A DNA stretch of 64,000 nt from Cetorhinus maximus (Eukaryota): assembly GCF_964194155.1 (NCBI RefSeq), contig NC_135897.1:94612001-94676000 (forward strand), written 5' to 3'. How positions within the stretch are numbered: position 1 is the first letter of the stretch; each line of letters begins with the position of its first letter. This document shows, one piece after another, positions 13,630-25,899 of this stretch. Both the position numbers and the translations under genes were made by a program. The notes beneath the pieces are model-generated. The model was not told the DNA's origin. It saw only the letters and a program-made list of their open reading frames with translations, and did no database searches.

Positions 13630-13717
13630 CCAATGAGGCTGAACCTTCTTTCAGTTATTCCGATCTGGCCAGTGTCGCTGTGCTTATGCAGTGCAGGATT
13701 ACTCGCGAGTATATAAA
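13630..13717 (+). promoter_or_regulatory. Candidate core promoter of V2R copy A (CCAAT and TATA)
   Basis: CCAAT at 13630-13634 and TATATAAA at 13710-13717, ~75 bp before the ATG; mirrored upstream of copy B. Confidence 0.5.
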
Positions 13718-13787
13718 TTGACTTCCAGGGGAAGACTTGCATGCTTTTCTCCAGTGGTCTCGAGAGCGTTGTTGTTTGACTTTGATT

Positions 13788-13999
13788 ATGCAGTCACTTT
13801 CTATTTGGAGACTTCTGTTCCTCTTCACAGTCAAGTTGAGTTTAGCGATTCAACCTACATGTAAACAACGGGAGGAGTTCAATTCCGGGGTTTCTCAAGA
13901 TGGAGATATGGTACTGGGTGGTTTATTTCCCATACATTTCAGAACAGCTCCAGACTATGACACGTTTCGCTCTAAACCTCAGCCAATGCGCTGCTTCCA
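13788..13999 (+). CDS. V2R copy A exon 1 (signal peptide, GGLFPIH)
   Basis: ATG 13788, MQSLSIWRLLFLFTVK...; donor GTAAGT at 14000, phase 2. Confidence 0.88.
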
Positions 14000-14697
14000 G
14001 TAAGTAAGATGGTCAATCTGTTTCAAAGTGCCGCGGTGAACAGGAATGTTTCCCTGAATATGGTAAAAGTTTAGTTTGTCAAATAGCATCCAATACTTGA
14101 ATCAGGGTAGTCATCGTGTCTAAGTTTCGGTAGTTGTGTAACCTGTCGAAATATTGCGGAGGTTGGTGGGCGCATTCGAGTGGGTGGAAGGGAGGTCGAG
14201 GACATGTCTTTCTGTCATCAGCTAAATGATTTTCGGCATCAGAGACAAAACAGCAAGAAGGACATGTTACAGTCGGAACGACTGCACCAGGAGGACAAAC
14301 TAGCCCTTGAAGATAAATTCTATATGACAGTTGGAAAAAAATAAGATCAGAGATATTTAAAACATCATCGGATTGTTAGCTGTTGAATGATGATGGAAAG
14401 TCTAGACCGAATGATTCGCTTCTCTGCTTTTTTTTTAGCTGCTTCTGCCATTGTGTGCATTTCTGACATTTCCTGCGCAACTTTCGAACCTTAGAAAACA
14501 ATCTACACATTTGTGTTCCCGTCGCTTTCGGTCTTCTTGCTTACAAAGTGCATTTCTTTATGTTTTCTCACTTGGATTATTTTTGTCCTTCTTTCCATTT
14601 TGTGTCATTGTTGAGTTGTTCTATCCAGGAATATCTCTAGTTAGGAGAACACTAGAGGCAAATCGGAACCTATCCGAAATTAGGTAGAAATTCAGAT

Positions 14698-14866
14698 GAA
14701 AGCGAAATACTGCGGATGCTGGAAATCTGAAATAAAAATAGAAAATGCTTAAAAAAAAACAGCAGGTCCGACAGCATCTGTGGAGAGAGAAACATAGTTA
14801 ACGTTTCGAGTCCGTATGACCCTTTTTCATCTGTTCTAAAGAAGGATCGTACGGACTCCAAACGGT
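14698..14866 (-). mobile_element. Fold-back Penelope-derived element in intron 1 of copy A (counterpart 37131-37343)
   Basis: Two oppositely oriented GGACTC(G/C)AAACG units. Confidence 0.7.
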
Positions 14867-15194
14867 TCCATCAGTTTTGCGCTACTGAAGAAAAAAATAG
14901 CTTAAATCTCCCGTTAGAATTGGGAAAAATGAATCCGGATAAAGCAGAAAACTAATTGAAGTATTTTTTTACGATTAATTGTAAGTTCAAGGGAAACTAA
15001 ATGTATTGGGCCACAGAAATGCACAGGATATGGAAATACAGTTTAATTAGTAAACAAATCAGATTTACAGAATCGGTAAAGTGGGTCGACACATTTACAG
15101 TAAAAGACAGCCGTCAATTAATTTCACTTTTGTTGCAACATCTTATTAAACTGCAGCGTCTGCCTCCTGCCAGAGACCAACCTAAGAATTGAAC

Positions 15195-15327
15195 AAGAGC
15201 AGAATACTGCGGATGCTAGGAGTCTGAAATAAAAACAGAAAATGCTGGAGAAGCTAAGCAGGTCAGACAGATTCTGTGGAGGCGGAAACAGATTTAATGT
15301 ATCAGGTCGATATCCTTTCATCAGACG
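15195..15327 (-). mobile_element. Penelope-type terminal repeat just upstream of exon 2 (mirror ~36543-36672)
   Basis: Minus strand CTGATGAAAGGATATCGACCTGATAC, a degenerate hammerhead. Confidence 0.65.
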
Positions 15328-15385
15328 TAAACAAACTTGTATCTAACGTGACTCCCACTCAGTATGCCGATATTTTATTTAACAG

Positions 15386-15677
15386 GCTCCGGCAAAGAGA
15401 GCTGCGCTGGTTACAAACGATGATATTCGCAATAGAAGAAATAAACAGGAATCCGGAGCTGCTTCCCAATGTAACATTGGGCTATAAGATCTTTGACAGC
15501 TGTCATACAAGTCCTGACTCGCTGAAAGGAACCCTCAAATTACTGAACGAGGACGATGAGGCTGGATCAAGTTACACGTGCGCGACCCTCCCGTCAGTGC
15601 CTATCATTGTGGGAGACGCAGCATCTTCACAGTCCATTGCCGCGTCACGTTTGTTGGCTCCTTTTGATATTGGCCTG
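15386..15677 (+). CDS. V2R copy A exon 2 (292 bp)
   Basis: Acceptor tttaacAG; LRWLQTMIFAIEEINRNPELLPNVTLGY...FDIGL; donor GTAGGA. Confidence 0.92.
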
Positions 15678-16265
15678 GTAGGATTCATTAATCACCTTCA
15701 TAGGTTAAAGATCTTTTGCTGAATGTCCCATAGACGCAAAACAAGTATATATTTAAATAAATAAGTATACTCAACGATAGACATTTTAGGAACGGCGAAA
15801 TGTAGTCGTGAGAAACATATCACAGCGGATATTCCAGTTGATTTGTGTCCGTTTCAATGTCCAAATTGACTTGATTTCTATGTAGCTCCCGGGCCGACAT
15901 TGGTTCGGCCCGAAAAAAAGAACGATCGATTTCGAATGAAAGAAACGGGGTCAGATTGTATTTGGATCGCAATATCAAACGAACGATATTAGATCATTTG
16001 GCATTTTTTTTCCAAAAATCTTCCTGGTTGCCCCTGACACATGTATATGTTTTCCAAGTTATTTAATGCTGATCATAGGAACTTTTTTCTGCCTTCCACT
16101 TTGAGCTTCAATTTTCCTTACTAAATAACTTTGGAACATTCCATTTAATTGCATTATTATTGACCCCAATCAATGTTCGAAATTACCGTTTATCAGTAGT
16201 AGGACCATGCCGGATTCAGAAATGTGGTTTCTGTATTATAACTAAACATGTGTATTAACCTCTAG

Positions 16266-17095
16266 GTCAGTTACGGTTCGTCCTGCACCTGTCTGAGCGA
16301 TAAGCGCGAATTCCCAACTTTCTTCAGGACAATTCCCAGTGATGCCGTTCAAGTCAAAGCCTTAGTGAGGCTGGTGCAGCGCTTTAAATGGATTTGGATT
16401 GGGATTGTAACTGAAGACAGTGAATATGGTCGATTTGCGATAATGTAGTTTATTCAAAAAGTTTCTAAATTCGAAACATGCATCGCCTTTATTGAGTTTA
16501 TGCCTCCTGGAAGCACCAGAATTGAGGTGCTTCAGGTTATAGAGATTATTAAAAAGTCCTCTGCTAAGGTGATCATAATATTTTCCCTTGAGCGTGATAC
16601 AAAATCTTTAGCAATAGAACTTAGGCGGCACAACATAAGCGACATTCAGCTGATTGCAAGTGAAGCCTGGATCACATCTGTCAGGTTGTGGACAGAAGAA
16701 ACACGGGGAATATTTTCTGGAACAATTGGGTTTGGAGTCAGGAGAGCGGAAATTCCAAAACTGAGGGAGTTTCTAGTCAAACTCCACCCTTCCAAAACAC
16801 CAGACAATCCCTTTGTAGAAGAACTCTGGCGAGATGTTTTTGGATGTAACCTTAAAATGTCAAATCGGAGTCTAGAAGAAAACTCATCACCTTACAAACC
16901 GTGCACAGGTTTAGAGAGCTTGGAGACCGCTGAAACTACATACACCGATGTGTCACAATTACGAATTTCGTACAATGTGTACAAAGCAGTATATGCGGTT
17001 GCTCACGCCCTTCATAATTTGAGGTCGTGTGAAAATGGGAAAGGCCATTTATCAACAACACGTGTGGCCGAGTAACTCGCATTCTCCCCTGGCAG
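16266..17095 (+). CDS. V2R copy A exon 3 (830 bp; stop and frameshift)
   Basis: VSYGSSCTCLSDKREFPTFFRTIPSD...ILPWQ; 1 bp shorter than the 831-bp exon of B and C; TAG at 16446. Confidence 0.9.
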
Positions 17096-17317
17096 GTGAG
17101 GAAAGATCAAGTCATCCAAGAGAAGCAAAATGCATTCCGTATTTCGAAACAAAATATTTATTTAACATGCTGATTGAAGGTTAGAATAGCATGATGCGAA
17201 TCGTTCTCATACTCATGTCAATTTTAAAATTCGTGTTGAAATAATTAATCAGAAATGTTGCGGACTAATGGATGATTTGCTGCTCTTTAGAATGGAATTG
17301 TTTTGCTATGTTTAAAG

Positions 17318-17545
17318 CTTTTACACTACCTGAAGGAGGTTCGCTTCACAAACCAGTTTGGCGAGGAAATACGCTTTGATAAGAACGGAGATCCTATCGC
17401 TTCCTATGACGTGATAAATTGGCAGGAACGCGCTGATGGATCGGTAGAGTTTGTGAAAGTTGGATCTTACGATGCAGCGTTGCCGGAAGGAGAAGAATTC
17501 GTCTTGAATGAAAGTAGAATTATTTGGCATGGATCCGACACCAGG
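17318..17545 (+). CDS. V2R copy A exon 4 (228 bp)
   Basis: LLHYLKEVRFTNQFGEE...WHGSDTR; donor GTAAGG. Confidence 0.92.
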
Positions 17546-18770
17546 GTAAGGATTGTTCTAATGTTGACAGAACCACATCATTTCACAATTAGTTCTTACT
17601 TTTATTTTTTACCCTGTATATATGTTTGACTCATATACTAAGACAGAATGGTCCATATGATCGCACCTCAGCCACAGTCCAAACCAACCACCCACTCTAT
17701 CAATAGCCCACTGTGAGTGCAGAACCATCTAAAGGAATCAAAACATCAGCCCGCCATAGGTTTTTCGGCTGCATCTCGCAAACTAGCGAAATTCAATACG
17801 TGGAAGGGAAATGGCGGTAACAGCATGGGAAGCCCATTATCTTTAAGTTCCCTTCCAAATCACATACTACTGTTCACAGAGTCAGATATTGTTAACGGCG
17901 CAGAAGAAGGCCATTCGGCCCATCGTCTCTACACCGGCTCTCCAAATAAGCATTATGACCTTGTGCCATTGCCTTGCCTTTTCCCCGTGCCCTTGAACGT
18001 TGTTTCTATTTTAATCGTCATCGAATGTCCTCTTGAAGGCCTCGATTGAACCTGGCTCGTGCACACTTCCAGGCAGTGCATTCCAGACAGACCCGGACCA
18101 CTTGCTGTGTGAAAAAAAAATTTTCTCACATCACATTTGCATTGTTTGGCAAGTTGACAAGTGCAAATCCTCGAATTCCCTCATTCAGCAATATTTTGGG
18201 AGCACCTTCGCCACACATATTGAAAGGGTTAAAGAAGGTCCACCACTATCTTCTCAGTGGCGATCAGGGATAACTCACAGCAAATCTCACACCACGAGAA
18301 TTATTTTTGAAAAGTGTGTCTTTTTCACAATTTTTCTCCCCACACAAGGATTTCTTTATTTTGACAGCTTCTGCTGACCATATTTTATTTGTCTCCATTA
18401 TTCTAATTCCTAAACTGTGCATTACAAAAATGGAATACAAATTAAGTGGAATATAAAGACACCACTTATGAATTAAACAAGAGGAAATGTATTGATAAAG
18501 CCTGAGATTTGTTCAATACATTGAATTTATAAGTTACAAAATTAATTATGTTTGTTACTCAAAATGTTACCGCCTAAATTTTAGCTATTTTACTATCAAC
18601 TCCAGCCTTTCCACAGCTATGCGGACCAAGAAGCGATTCAAACCTTGTACAACTGAATAAGCAAAGGAGATAGCCTGTGCGAAAAACGAATGCATACAAT
18701 ATTCCTGACATGTTCAAAGAAGGTTTTAAATGTAGGTTGTGGTTCAGAGTGGAATGTTTAATCTCCACAG

Positions 18771-18894
18771 GTCCCAATATCAGTTTGCAGCGATATTTGT
18801 CCTCCGGGTACAAGAAAGGGCGCTCGAAAAGGGCAACCAATCTGTTGCTTTGATTGTTTGCCATGTTCCGACGGAGAGATTAGCAACAAATCAG
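18771..18894 (+). CDS. V2R copy A exon 5 (124 bp, cysteine-rich domain)
   Basis: Acceptor ctccacAG; [41 protein letters not shown]; donor GTACGT. Confidence 0.92.
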
Positions 18895-19027
18895 GTACGT
18901 AGCATTCATTTAATTACATATATCAGAGGGGAAGAATGAACACCCAGTACCGATTCATAATATCAGAATGTTTGCACATAATATTTCATTCTGCAGCTGA
19001 TGAGAAATATACCCGATTCTTCCTCAG

Positions 19028-19926
19028 ATTCTGCAGAATGTATCAAATGCCCCACAGATTATTGGTCCAATGACCCAAGAGATCGATGCCTCCCAAAAGA
19101 AATTGAGTTCGTTTCATTTCAGGATGAAATAGGAATAACACTCACGGCGGTTTCACTGTTTGGAGCTTGTGTCACAGGAGCAGTTGCAGCTGTTTTCTTA
19201 TATTTCATAAACACGCCCATTGTAAGGCCCAACAATTCAGAATTAAGTTTCCTTCTGTTAATTTCATTAATACTCTGTTTTCTGTGCTCCATTGCATTCA
19301 TTGGACAACCAACACCATGGTCATGTATGGTGCGTCACACTGTATTTGGAGTGAGCTTTGTTCTGTGCATTTCCTGTATCCTTAGTAAAACTCTGGTAGT
19401 CCTGATGCCCTTTAAAGCAACCCTACCGACCAGTAACGTCATGAAATGGTTCGGACCCAAACAACAAAGATCAATTGTCTTTCTCTGTACATTGATCCAA
19501 ATTCTAACATGTGTTATCTGGTTGGTGACCTCTCCCCCACTCCCAACTAAAAACACCAAATATCAAAGTGCAAAGATTATCTTTGATTGTGATGTGGGGT
19601 CCACAGCTGCTTTCTGCTGTATGTTCGGTTACATCGGGCTGTTAGCTTGTGTGTGTTTAATTTTAGCTTTCTTGGCGCGGGCCTTACCGGACAAGTTCAA
19701 TGAAGCTAAATTTATAACATTCAGCATGCTCATCTTTTTTGCAGTGTGGGTAACTTTTATCCCCGCTTATGTGAGCACACCCGGAAAATACACGGTCGCT
19801 GTGGAAATATTCGCTATTCTGGCATCGAGCTTTGGACTGCTGAGTTGTATCTTTGCTCCAAAATGTTACATTATCTTATTAAAACCAAAGGAGAACACGA
19901 GAAAGCAGATAATGGGTAGGTTATAG
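19028..19926 (+). CDS. V2R copy A exon 6 (7TM domain, 899 bp)
   Basis: Acceptor tcctcAG; ORF 19000..19926 with [33 protein letters not shown]. Confidence 0.95.
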
Positions 19927-20024
19927 AGTCGCGGCGGGAACATGGCGGGAAAAAGCGTCGATCCATTCGAAACTCCATTGACTTCGGCGGCACTGTAAAA
20001 TTCCGCTGTCGTAAAATTGTACCC
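19914..20024. mobile_element. Short MITE overlapping the last codons and stop of V2R copy A (mirror 31624-31734)
   Basis: GGGTA...TACCC termini; similar to MITE sequence at ~27535-27625. Confidence 0.5.
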
Positions 20025-20566
20025 ACAGATTGATACTGCACAGATGGAAACCAATAGGACATTCTCTCTTGTGCCGGATGAAGCAGTCAATAGGACTTTG
20101 TCAATGGAATGATTGATTGAATGCATGAAAAAGTTTGTGATACCGTGAAGAATTTCTTCGGCTTTGCCTTCACATAAACAACTGTTGTTCTAGTCGATTG
20201 TAGCAGCAGAAAATAGGATGAAATGCAACACAGCCCAAGACTGGAAGCTAAAGGTCTTTTTTAAGCTTTGGTCTTAGCATAGTATGTTGTTAATTTAGAT
20301 GCTGAATTCATTTATTAATAATACTAAATGATACCCTATATATTTATCTTTTGTTCTTTTAATGAACAGTACACAGATTGTCATTATGGCTGCATAGCGA
20401 ACGTATTAAGCGGCGCAATCGTTACATATGTCAGGTGATCGCTTCTGTTCTAGTCCATCCAATTCGCTGGGAAGAATTTGAAACGACACAATGATCCATC
20501 CAAAGGGTTAACTCATCCGTGTTGTGTAACTGCTGCCTAAGCTGGAAACCTACCCCCTAACGGCAT

Positions 20567-20572
20567 AATAAA
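20567..20572 (+). terminator. Candidate polyadenylation signal of copy A (mirror for B at 31074-31079)
   Basis: AATAAA ~640 bp after the stop, present in both arms. Confidence 0.35.
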
Positions 20573-21019
20573 GTCAATAGATCCCTTTCTGTCCATTCTT
20601 TCCGTAAATCATGCGTTTACTATTTTATCCAGAACTTGATTTACTTAGTGGACTGAGACAAATTTCCTTCAACCTCTTTGAATACCACATATCATTTAGA
20701 GAATCATTAGGCCTCATAAGCAAATGTCACTCACTCAGTCATTAAACCCATTGAATACCACAGGTTCTCCCGCAACAACTAACTAATCCAACTGATAAGT
20801 TCTGCATTCATTCCGAAAATATATATCCCTGAACGTTGAGCTCACTTCCGAAACGCATAAGTTCTGGTGAGCTATGAACCGGTTCTTGAGATATGTGATT
20901 CCCTGCCAGGGGGATAAACACCCTGGGCCCCAAACTTCCCTTTCCACAGGAATTTGCCTTTTATCTTTCAGCAGTGGGCGTTTGATGTGACCTTGGTGAG
21001 CAGGGGGTAGTTTCAAAGT

Positions 21020-22150
21020 CTGTGGATGACACAAAATTTGGACGAATTGTAAACTGTGAGAATGGCAGTGTAGAACTTCAAAAGGACACTGACATATTGG
21101 TGGAGTGGCCAGATAGGTTGAAGATGAAGTTCAATGCGGAGAAGTGTGAGGTGATTCAGTTTGGTAGGAGGAACATGGAGAGACATAATACAATGGAAGG
21201 GCACACTTTTAGAGGATGTACAGGAGCGGAGGACTATATGTACAGAGGTCAGTAAACGTGGCAGGAGAGGTGGAGATGGCAGTTAATAAAACATACAGTA
21301 CCCTGGGGTTTTTTAAATAGGGACATAAATTACAAGAGCAGGGAGGTTGTGCAGAATATGTATAGGACACTAGTTAGACCTCAGCTGGAGTACTGTTTAC
21401 AGTTCTGGGCGCCACACTTTAGGAAGCCTGTGAACACATTGGAGAGAATGCAGAAAAGGTTTACAAAAGTAGTTCCAGGGGTGAGAATTTTCAGTTATGA
21501 ATGTAGGTTGGAGAGGTTGGGTCTGTTCTCCTTCGAGAGAAGAAGGTTCAGCGGAAATTTGATAGAAATGTTCAAAATCATGAGGCGGCTGGACAGAGTA
21601 GATAGGGAGGAACAAAATCAGAAAATGCTTGAGAAACTCAGAAGGTCTAATAGCATCTGTGGAGAGAAAAACAGGGTCAACGTTTCGAATCTGCATGACT
21701 TATTCAGAGAGAAGAAGCGTCACCCGGACTCGAAACGTTAACTATGTTTTTCTCTCCGCAGATGCTGTTAGACATGCTGAGTTTTTCCAGCATTTTCTGT
21801 TTTTGTTTCTAATTTCCAGCATCCGCAGTATTTGCTTTTATCTTAGTAGATAGTGAAAAGCTGTTCTCACTCGTAAAATGATCAAGAACGAGATGTCACA
21901 GATTTAAAGTGATTTGCAAAATTAGCAAATGCGATTTGAGGATTTTTTTAACCACACAGCGAGTAGCTCGGGTCTGGAATGCACTGCCTGTAAGTGTGGT
22001 GGAGGCAGCTTCAATCGAGACATTGAAGAGGGAATTATATAATTATTTGAATACAAAGGCAGGAGAATGTCACTGAGTCACCGGAGAGCCGCTTCAGACA
22101 CGATGGGCCGAATGGCCTCCTTCTGCACCGTAACAATTCTGTGATCTGTG
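21020..22150 (+). mobile_element. CR1 3' end with nested fold-back Penelope element (21609-21844); mirror 29470-30625
   Basis: DDTK, LVRPQLEYC motifs; TSD AGTAGATAG(G/T)GA at 21597-21608 and 21845-21856. Confidence 0.85.
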
Positions 22151-22879
22151 ATTCCCATTGTTGACATTTTCACGATCTAACAATGTCTACCATCATTGCA
22201 TTCAATTCTCCTCGATACCGAGCGGTTCCTTTACAAAGTCGATTAACATGGGCTCATCCGTCTTACTTGGAGTTAATTTCCTGGGGTTAATTCCACAGCC
22301 GACAATCTAGCTGCGCCCTGGTGTGCACATGCAACGACAGAAGCTTACATCGCAGAAGAAGACCATTGGTGCATATTATCTATGAGGGCATGTTGCTGGG
22401 AGTGACTAAATGTATCAACACCCCCTTCTTACCTGACACCTGTTTCGGTTCATCAGTGTGTAACAGTCACGACAACGTCACTGCATCCGAAACCTAATTC
22501 ATTGCTTGAAGCTTTGAGATATTTCCACACAAAAGCAAGAAGAGTTACACTTGTCTCTTTAGTTCCACACGCACAGTCTAACTGGATAATTATCTTATGT
22601 ACACAGGCAGTGCCTACCGCAATTAATGAGTTGTCCTGCAACTCCTCTTGTGCTGACCTTTTTAACGCTGCCTCCAATCTCAGGGTTGTAAACTCGAGCA
22701 TACATGGCGCATTAGCTGTTCATGATCAGATTCAGTTTAGCTATTTTAAACAACATTATGCTTCACTGTCGTCGGCCAAAGTTGACCAGTGATTTTCTTA
22801 TTCTAGAGAGTAAGCATAGACAAACTCAGTTTTATCTGTGAACAACATTCCACATCATCACTTCAAGCCTCGTGCGAAT

Positions 22880-23740
22880 CATTCATGGTTCTCGTCATAA
22901 CCGAGATGAAACTATCCTCGCAGCAGTTCCCACCGCCCCCACTAGACTCCGGCCCCGGGGACAGGCCCTTCTCAAACTCACTATCCATAAATAACCATTG
23001 CCCTACAGATTCTCTTCGTTTTCCCCTTGTTCTCTCGTCTTTGAGATTTCGAAGCTGTTCTTTCGATCCCCTTCCCACTCAAACATTTATCACGCAATTC
23101 CCATTCTGATTGATAAGCAAATATTTGCTTCCTCAGATACTTTCAAAGGTATAATTATCTCCCTCCTCTCAAAACAGAAGCTAGCGAACCGGCTGACCAT
23201 TGTACAGGCTGCCCGGTTTTCTTGCTCGTTCACTTCTAACCAGCTTGCAAATTCGCGATCACCAGTTTTTCACGCCCACCTAACAATTCCTCCTGTTCCG
23301 TTCTCGACCCTTCCAGCTCCAATAGCTTCAACGCCATTTCCAATATATAGCTCCTACCTCTCCAGGTCTATTCCCAGGTCTTCTGTAACTCCCTGTTTGA
23401 ATTTTTCCTAGCTGTAAGGGAACGTCAACAGCCTTAACCATACTTCTGAACAATGACTGATGTGAAGATGGACCCTCTGCTAACCCGTTTCGTCCTCATA
23501 ATTCCATCCTCCTCCAATGTCCTTTCCCTATTGTTCATCCCAACTCAAGCCACTTGTAGCCTCAGCACCTAAAGTAATAGCTTCTCTTCTCAATACCAGA
23601 GGGACAACCAGGATTCCCCATTGCTGTATCCTTGGACACTTCCTATTTGTCATCAACAAGCTTCTGCTCATCAACAAACACGAGGTCACCATTCACATAT
23701 ACATAAAGTTTAGAAGTCACAACACAGAAGTTGACCATTG
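22880..23740 (+). mobile_element. Highly degraded L2-like LINE RT remnant (mirror ~27860-28740)
   Basis: Vestiges resembling DPIPT..ITQ, FK..I..LLKK and G.PQGSILGPLLF. Confidence 0.55.
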
Positions 23741-24069
23741 AGTCCAATTAGTCCATACGCTGGATTTCATCTAACGTGTTTCCGGCGCGGGTGGGGGTCC
23801 GGTAAATACGGCCACCACCTTTTCGCCCACCCCCGAGCTAACCCTCTATCATACGGTAGGCGAGTTCTTGTGCTGCTGGGACTGCTTGAGCTGCCGGCCA
23901 ATCATGTTCAATGGGCTGAATCTTCCGCTCGGCGAGGGCGGGCGAGGCCCGCTCGCCAAGGCGTAAAATGAAGCGTTGTGACGTTGACGTGCGTCTCAAT
24001 TAAAGTAATTAGCGGAGTTGCCCACCTAACCTTAAGGTTGACAGGCAGGCGAAGAGCCCAGGCACTCTA

Positions 24070-24805
24070 GAAACAACCAGGGAACAAGCTATTCTGGATC
24101 GTGTAATGTGTAATGAGGCTGCATTAATTATTGATCTAATTAATTAGTAATGGATCCTTCAGGGAAGAGTCATCACAGCGCGATTCCTATTATATTTAAG
24201 GGTTGAGAATGTGGTTCTGAAGCTAATATCTTAAAATTAAAAAAGGGCAGATACAAAAGTATGATGACAGATTTGAATACAGTACACTGGGGAAGTTGGT
24301 TTAAAAGTAAAATGGCAAATAAGCAATGGCAGAAATTTATGGAGATATTTAAAGCTCTCAACAAAGATATATTCAATTGAGGAAGAAAGATTCTGGGATA
24401 AGAATGCACAATCAGATGCTGTTAAGGAAGGTATCAAATTGAAATAAAAGGCGTATAATGTAGTGGAGATTCGTGGTAGGTCAGAAGATTGAGAATATTT
24501 TGGAAACTATAAAGAGGGTGAAACTAAAATTTGAGAGCAAACTGCCAAGAAATATGAAAACACGGTAAGAGCTTCCACAAGTACATAAATCAGGAAGAGA
24601 GTAGCTAAAGTGGCCCCTGAGAGGATAAGACTGGGGAATTAATAATGAGAAACAATGAAATGGCAGCAGCGTTAAACAAACATTTTGTATCCGTTTTTAT
24701 GGTAGAAGCTATAAATAGTAGAAATCAAGAGATAGAATGGGAGAGGAACTTAAAACAATCGGTATAACTAGGGGAAAAAATAATAGGAAAGCTAATGGGA
24801 TTAGG
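24070..24805 (+). mobile_element. Old CR1 ORF2 fragment in the spacer
   Basis: AILDRVMCNE and SHHSAI-type endonuclease/tether remnants. Confidence 0.6.
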
Positions 24806-24899
24806 TGAAGGGCCTGGTTCTGTGCTGTATAACTCTGTGTCTCTATAACATTATGACTCCAATATTTATTTTAAACAGCTCTCTATGGCCCTATTTATA

Positions 24900-25790
24900 C
24901 GATTCACTGGGACCCTGGTCCGAGCGTGGTTCAAGCGAAGGAATCCCAACAGTGCAGCTCCCTTATTCCACAGTACCGGTACCAGTACCGCATTAATTCA
25001 AGACCGTTTATTCAGCACCAGTCTTTGAGCCAAGCATTTATCTCTCCAGTCTTATTTGCTGTATGTCAGTTTGCTCGTGGTTGGAGTAGTAATCCAGAAA
25101 TCATGATTCTGCTTTGTAATTTAGTCCCATAGCTTCTCATATTCCTTTTACGGAACCTCTTGGTTCTACCTATGTCATTGGTACCCACTCCCTCTCCAAG
25201 TTCCACTCCAGCCCCGAGGAGATGTCCTTAACCTTTGCACCAGGCAGGTAACACAGCCTTCAGTGTACATGCTTTTGTCTAAAGACAACAGCGACTATCC
25301 CCCAACTATACATTTACCTAATATGAACATAATGCTTCTCCATCCCTTCCTTGAATAGTCCCCCACACCACAGTGCTGTGGTCCCTTTGCTCATCCTCTC
25401 TCCAGCCCCTGCACAGGCCTACACAGGCTGCAAAAACATCGAACCTGTTGGACAAGTGAAAGGGCTGCACCCCCGCCAATGTTACCTCCTGAAACCCCAG
25501 AACTGCCTCACTCATAATCATACCCTGCTGCCCCTGACAACGAACCAGATCTGAAGTACCTAGCCTCAGAGGTGCGACTGGCTTCTGGAATATAGTGTCC
25601 AGCTAACCTTTCACATACTTGATGCACTGCAGAGAATGAAACTTGCCCTCTCGCTCATCAGTCATGAACGGAAATTCTTTCAAATGCAGACACTTACCAC
25701 AATTGTGGCTGTGTGTATCACACTGCTGTCCACTAGCTCCCATATGCTACAGCCGCAACACATCATCTGCCCGAGCATCTCGATACTATC
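24900..25790 (-). mobile_element. CR1 ORF1 remnant (Cys-rich N-terminus and SGNH esterase-like region)
   Basis: Minus strand VGDS, CYLPGAKVKDISSGLE and GTNDIGR. Confidence 0.7.
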
Positions 25791-25899
25791 TCATTTAACT
25801 AATTTGGGTTTCCAGTTTAGAAATATCACTCCATTTTTTGTCGTTCTAGCAAGTAGTTTAACGAATTAAGTCATAAATGTCATACTGCGTTTATATCAA

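Larger units (their letters stand above)
13788..19926 (+). pseudogene. V2R/OlfC-family class C GPCR, copy A (6 exons; ~861 aa if repaired); disrupted in exon 3 by a nonsense codon and a 1-bp deletion
   Basis: GT-AG exons of 212/292/830/228/124/899 bp. Motifs GGLFPIH, FAIEEINRNPELLPNVTLGY, FFRTIPSD, CCFDC and [14 protein letters not shown]. In-frame TAG at 16446-16448 (TCG in copy B). GGCC at ~17043-17046 where B has GGCCC. Confidence 0.92.
11715..23910. repeat. Left arm of large inverted segmental duplication
   Basis: Mirror pairs: 12886/39114, 13737/38291, 19000/32648, 22453/29166, ~23860/27738. Confidence 0.93.

Noticed and set aside
19000-19027. Single-exon 308-aa and 322-aa 7TM ORFs (also 31722..32648 and 48009..48977) as stand-alone genes
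   Set aside because: They are exon 6 read from intronic starts. Canonical acceptors give 899-bp exons in all three genes.
22863-23411. Overlapping ORFs preserved in both arms (137/140 aa and others)
   Set aside because: Preservation reflects the duplication, and the sequence looks like a decayed L2 RT.
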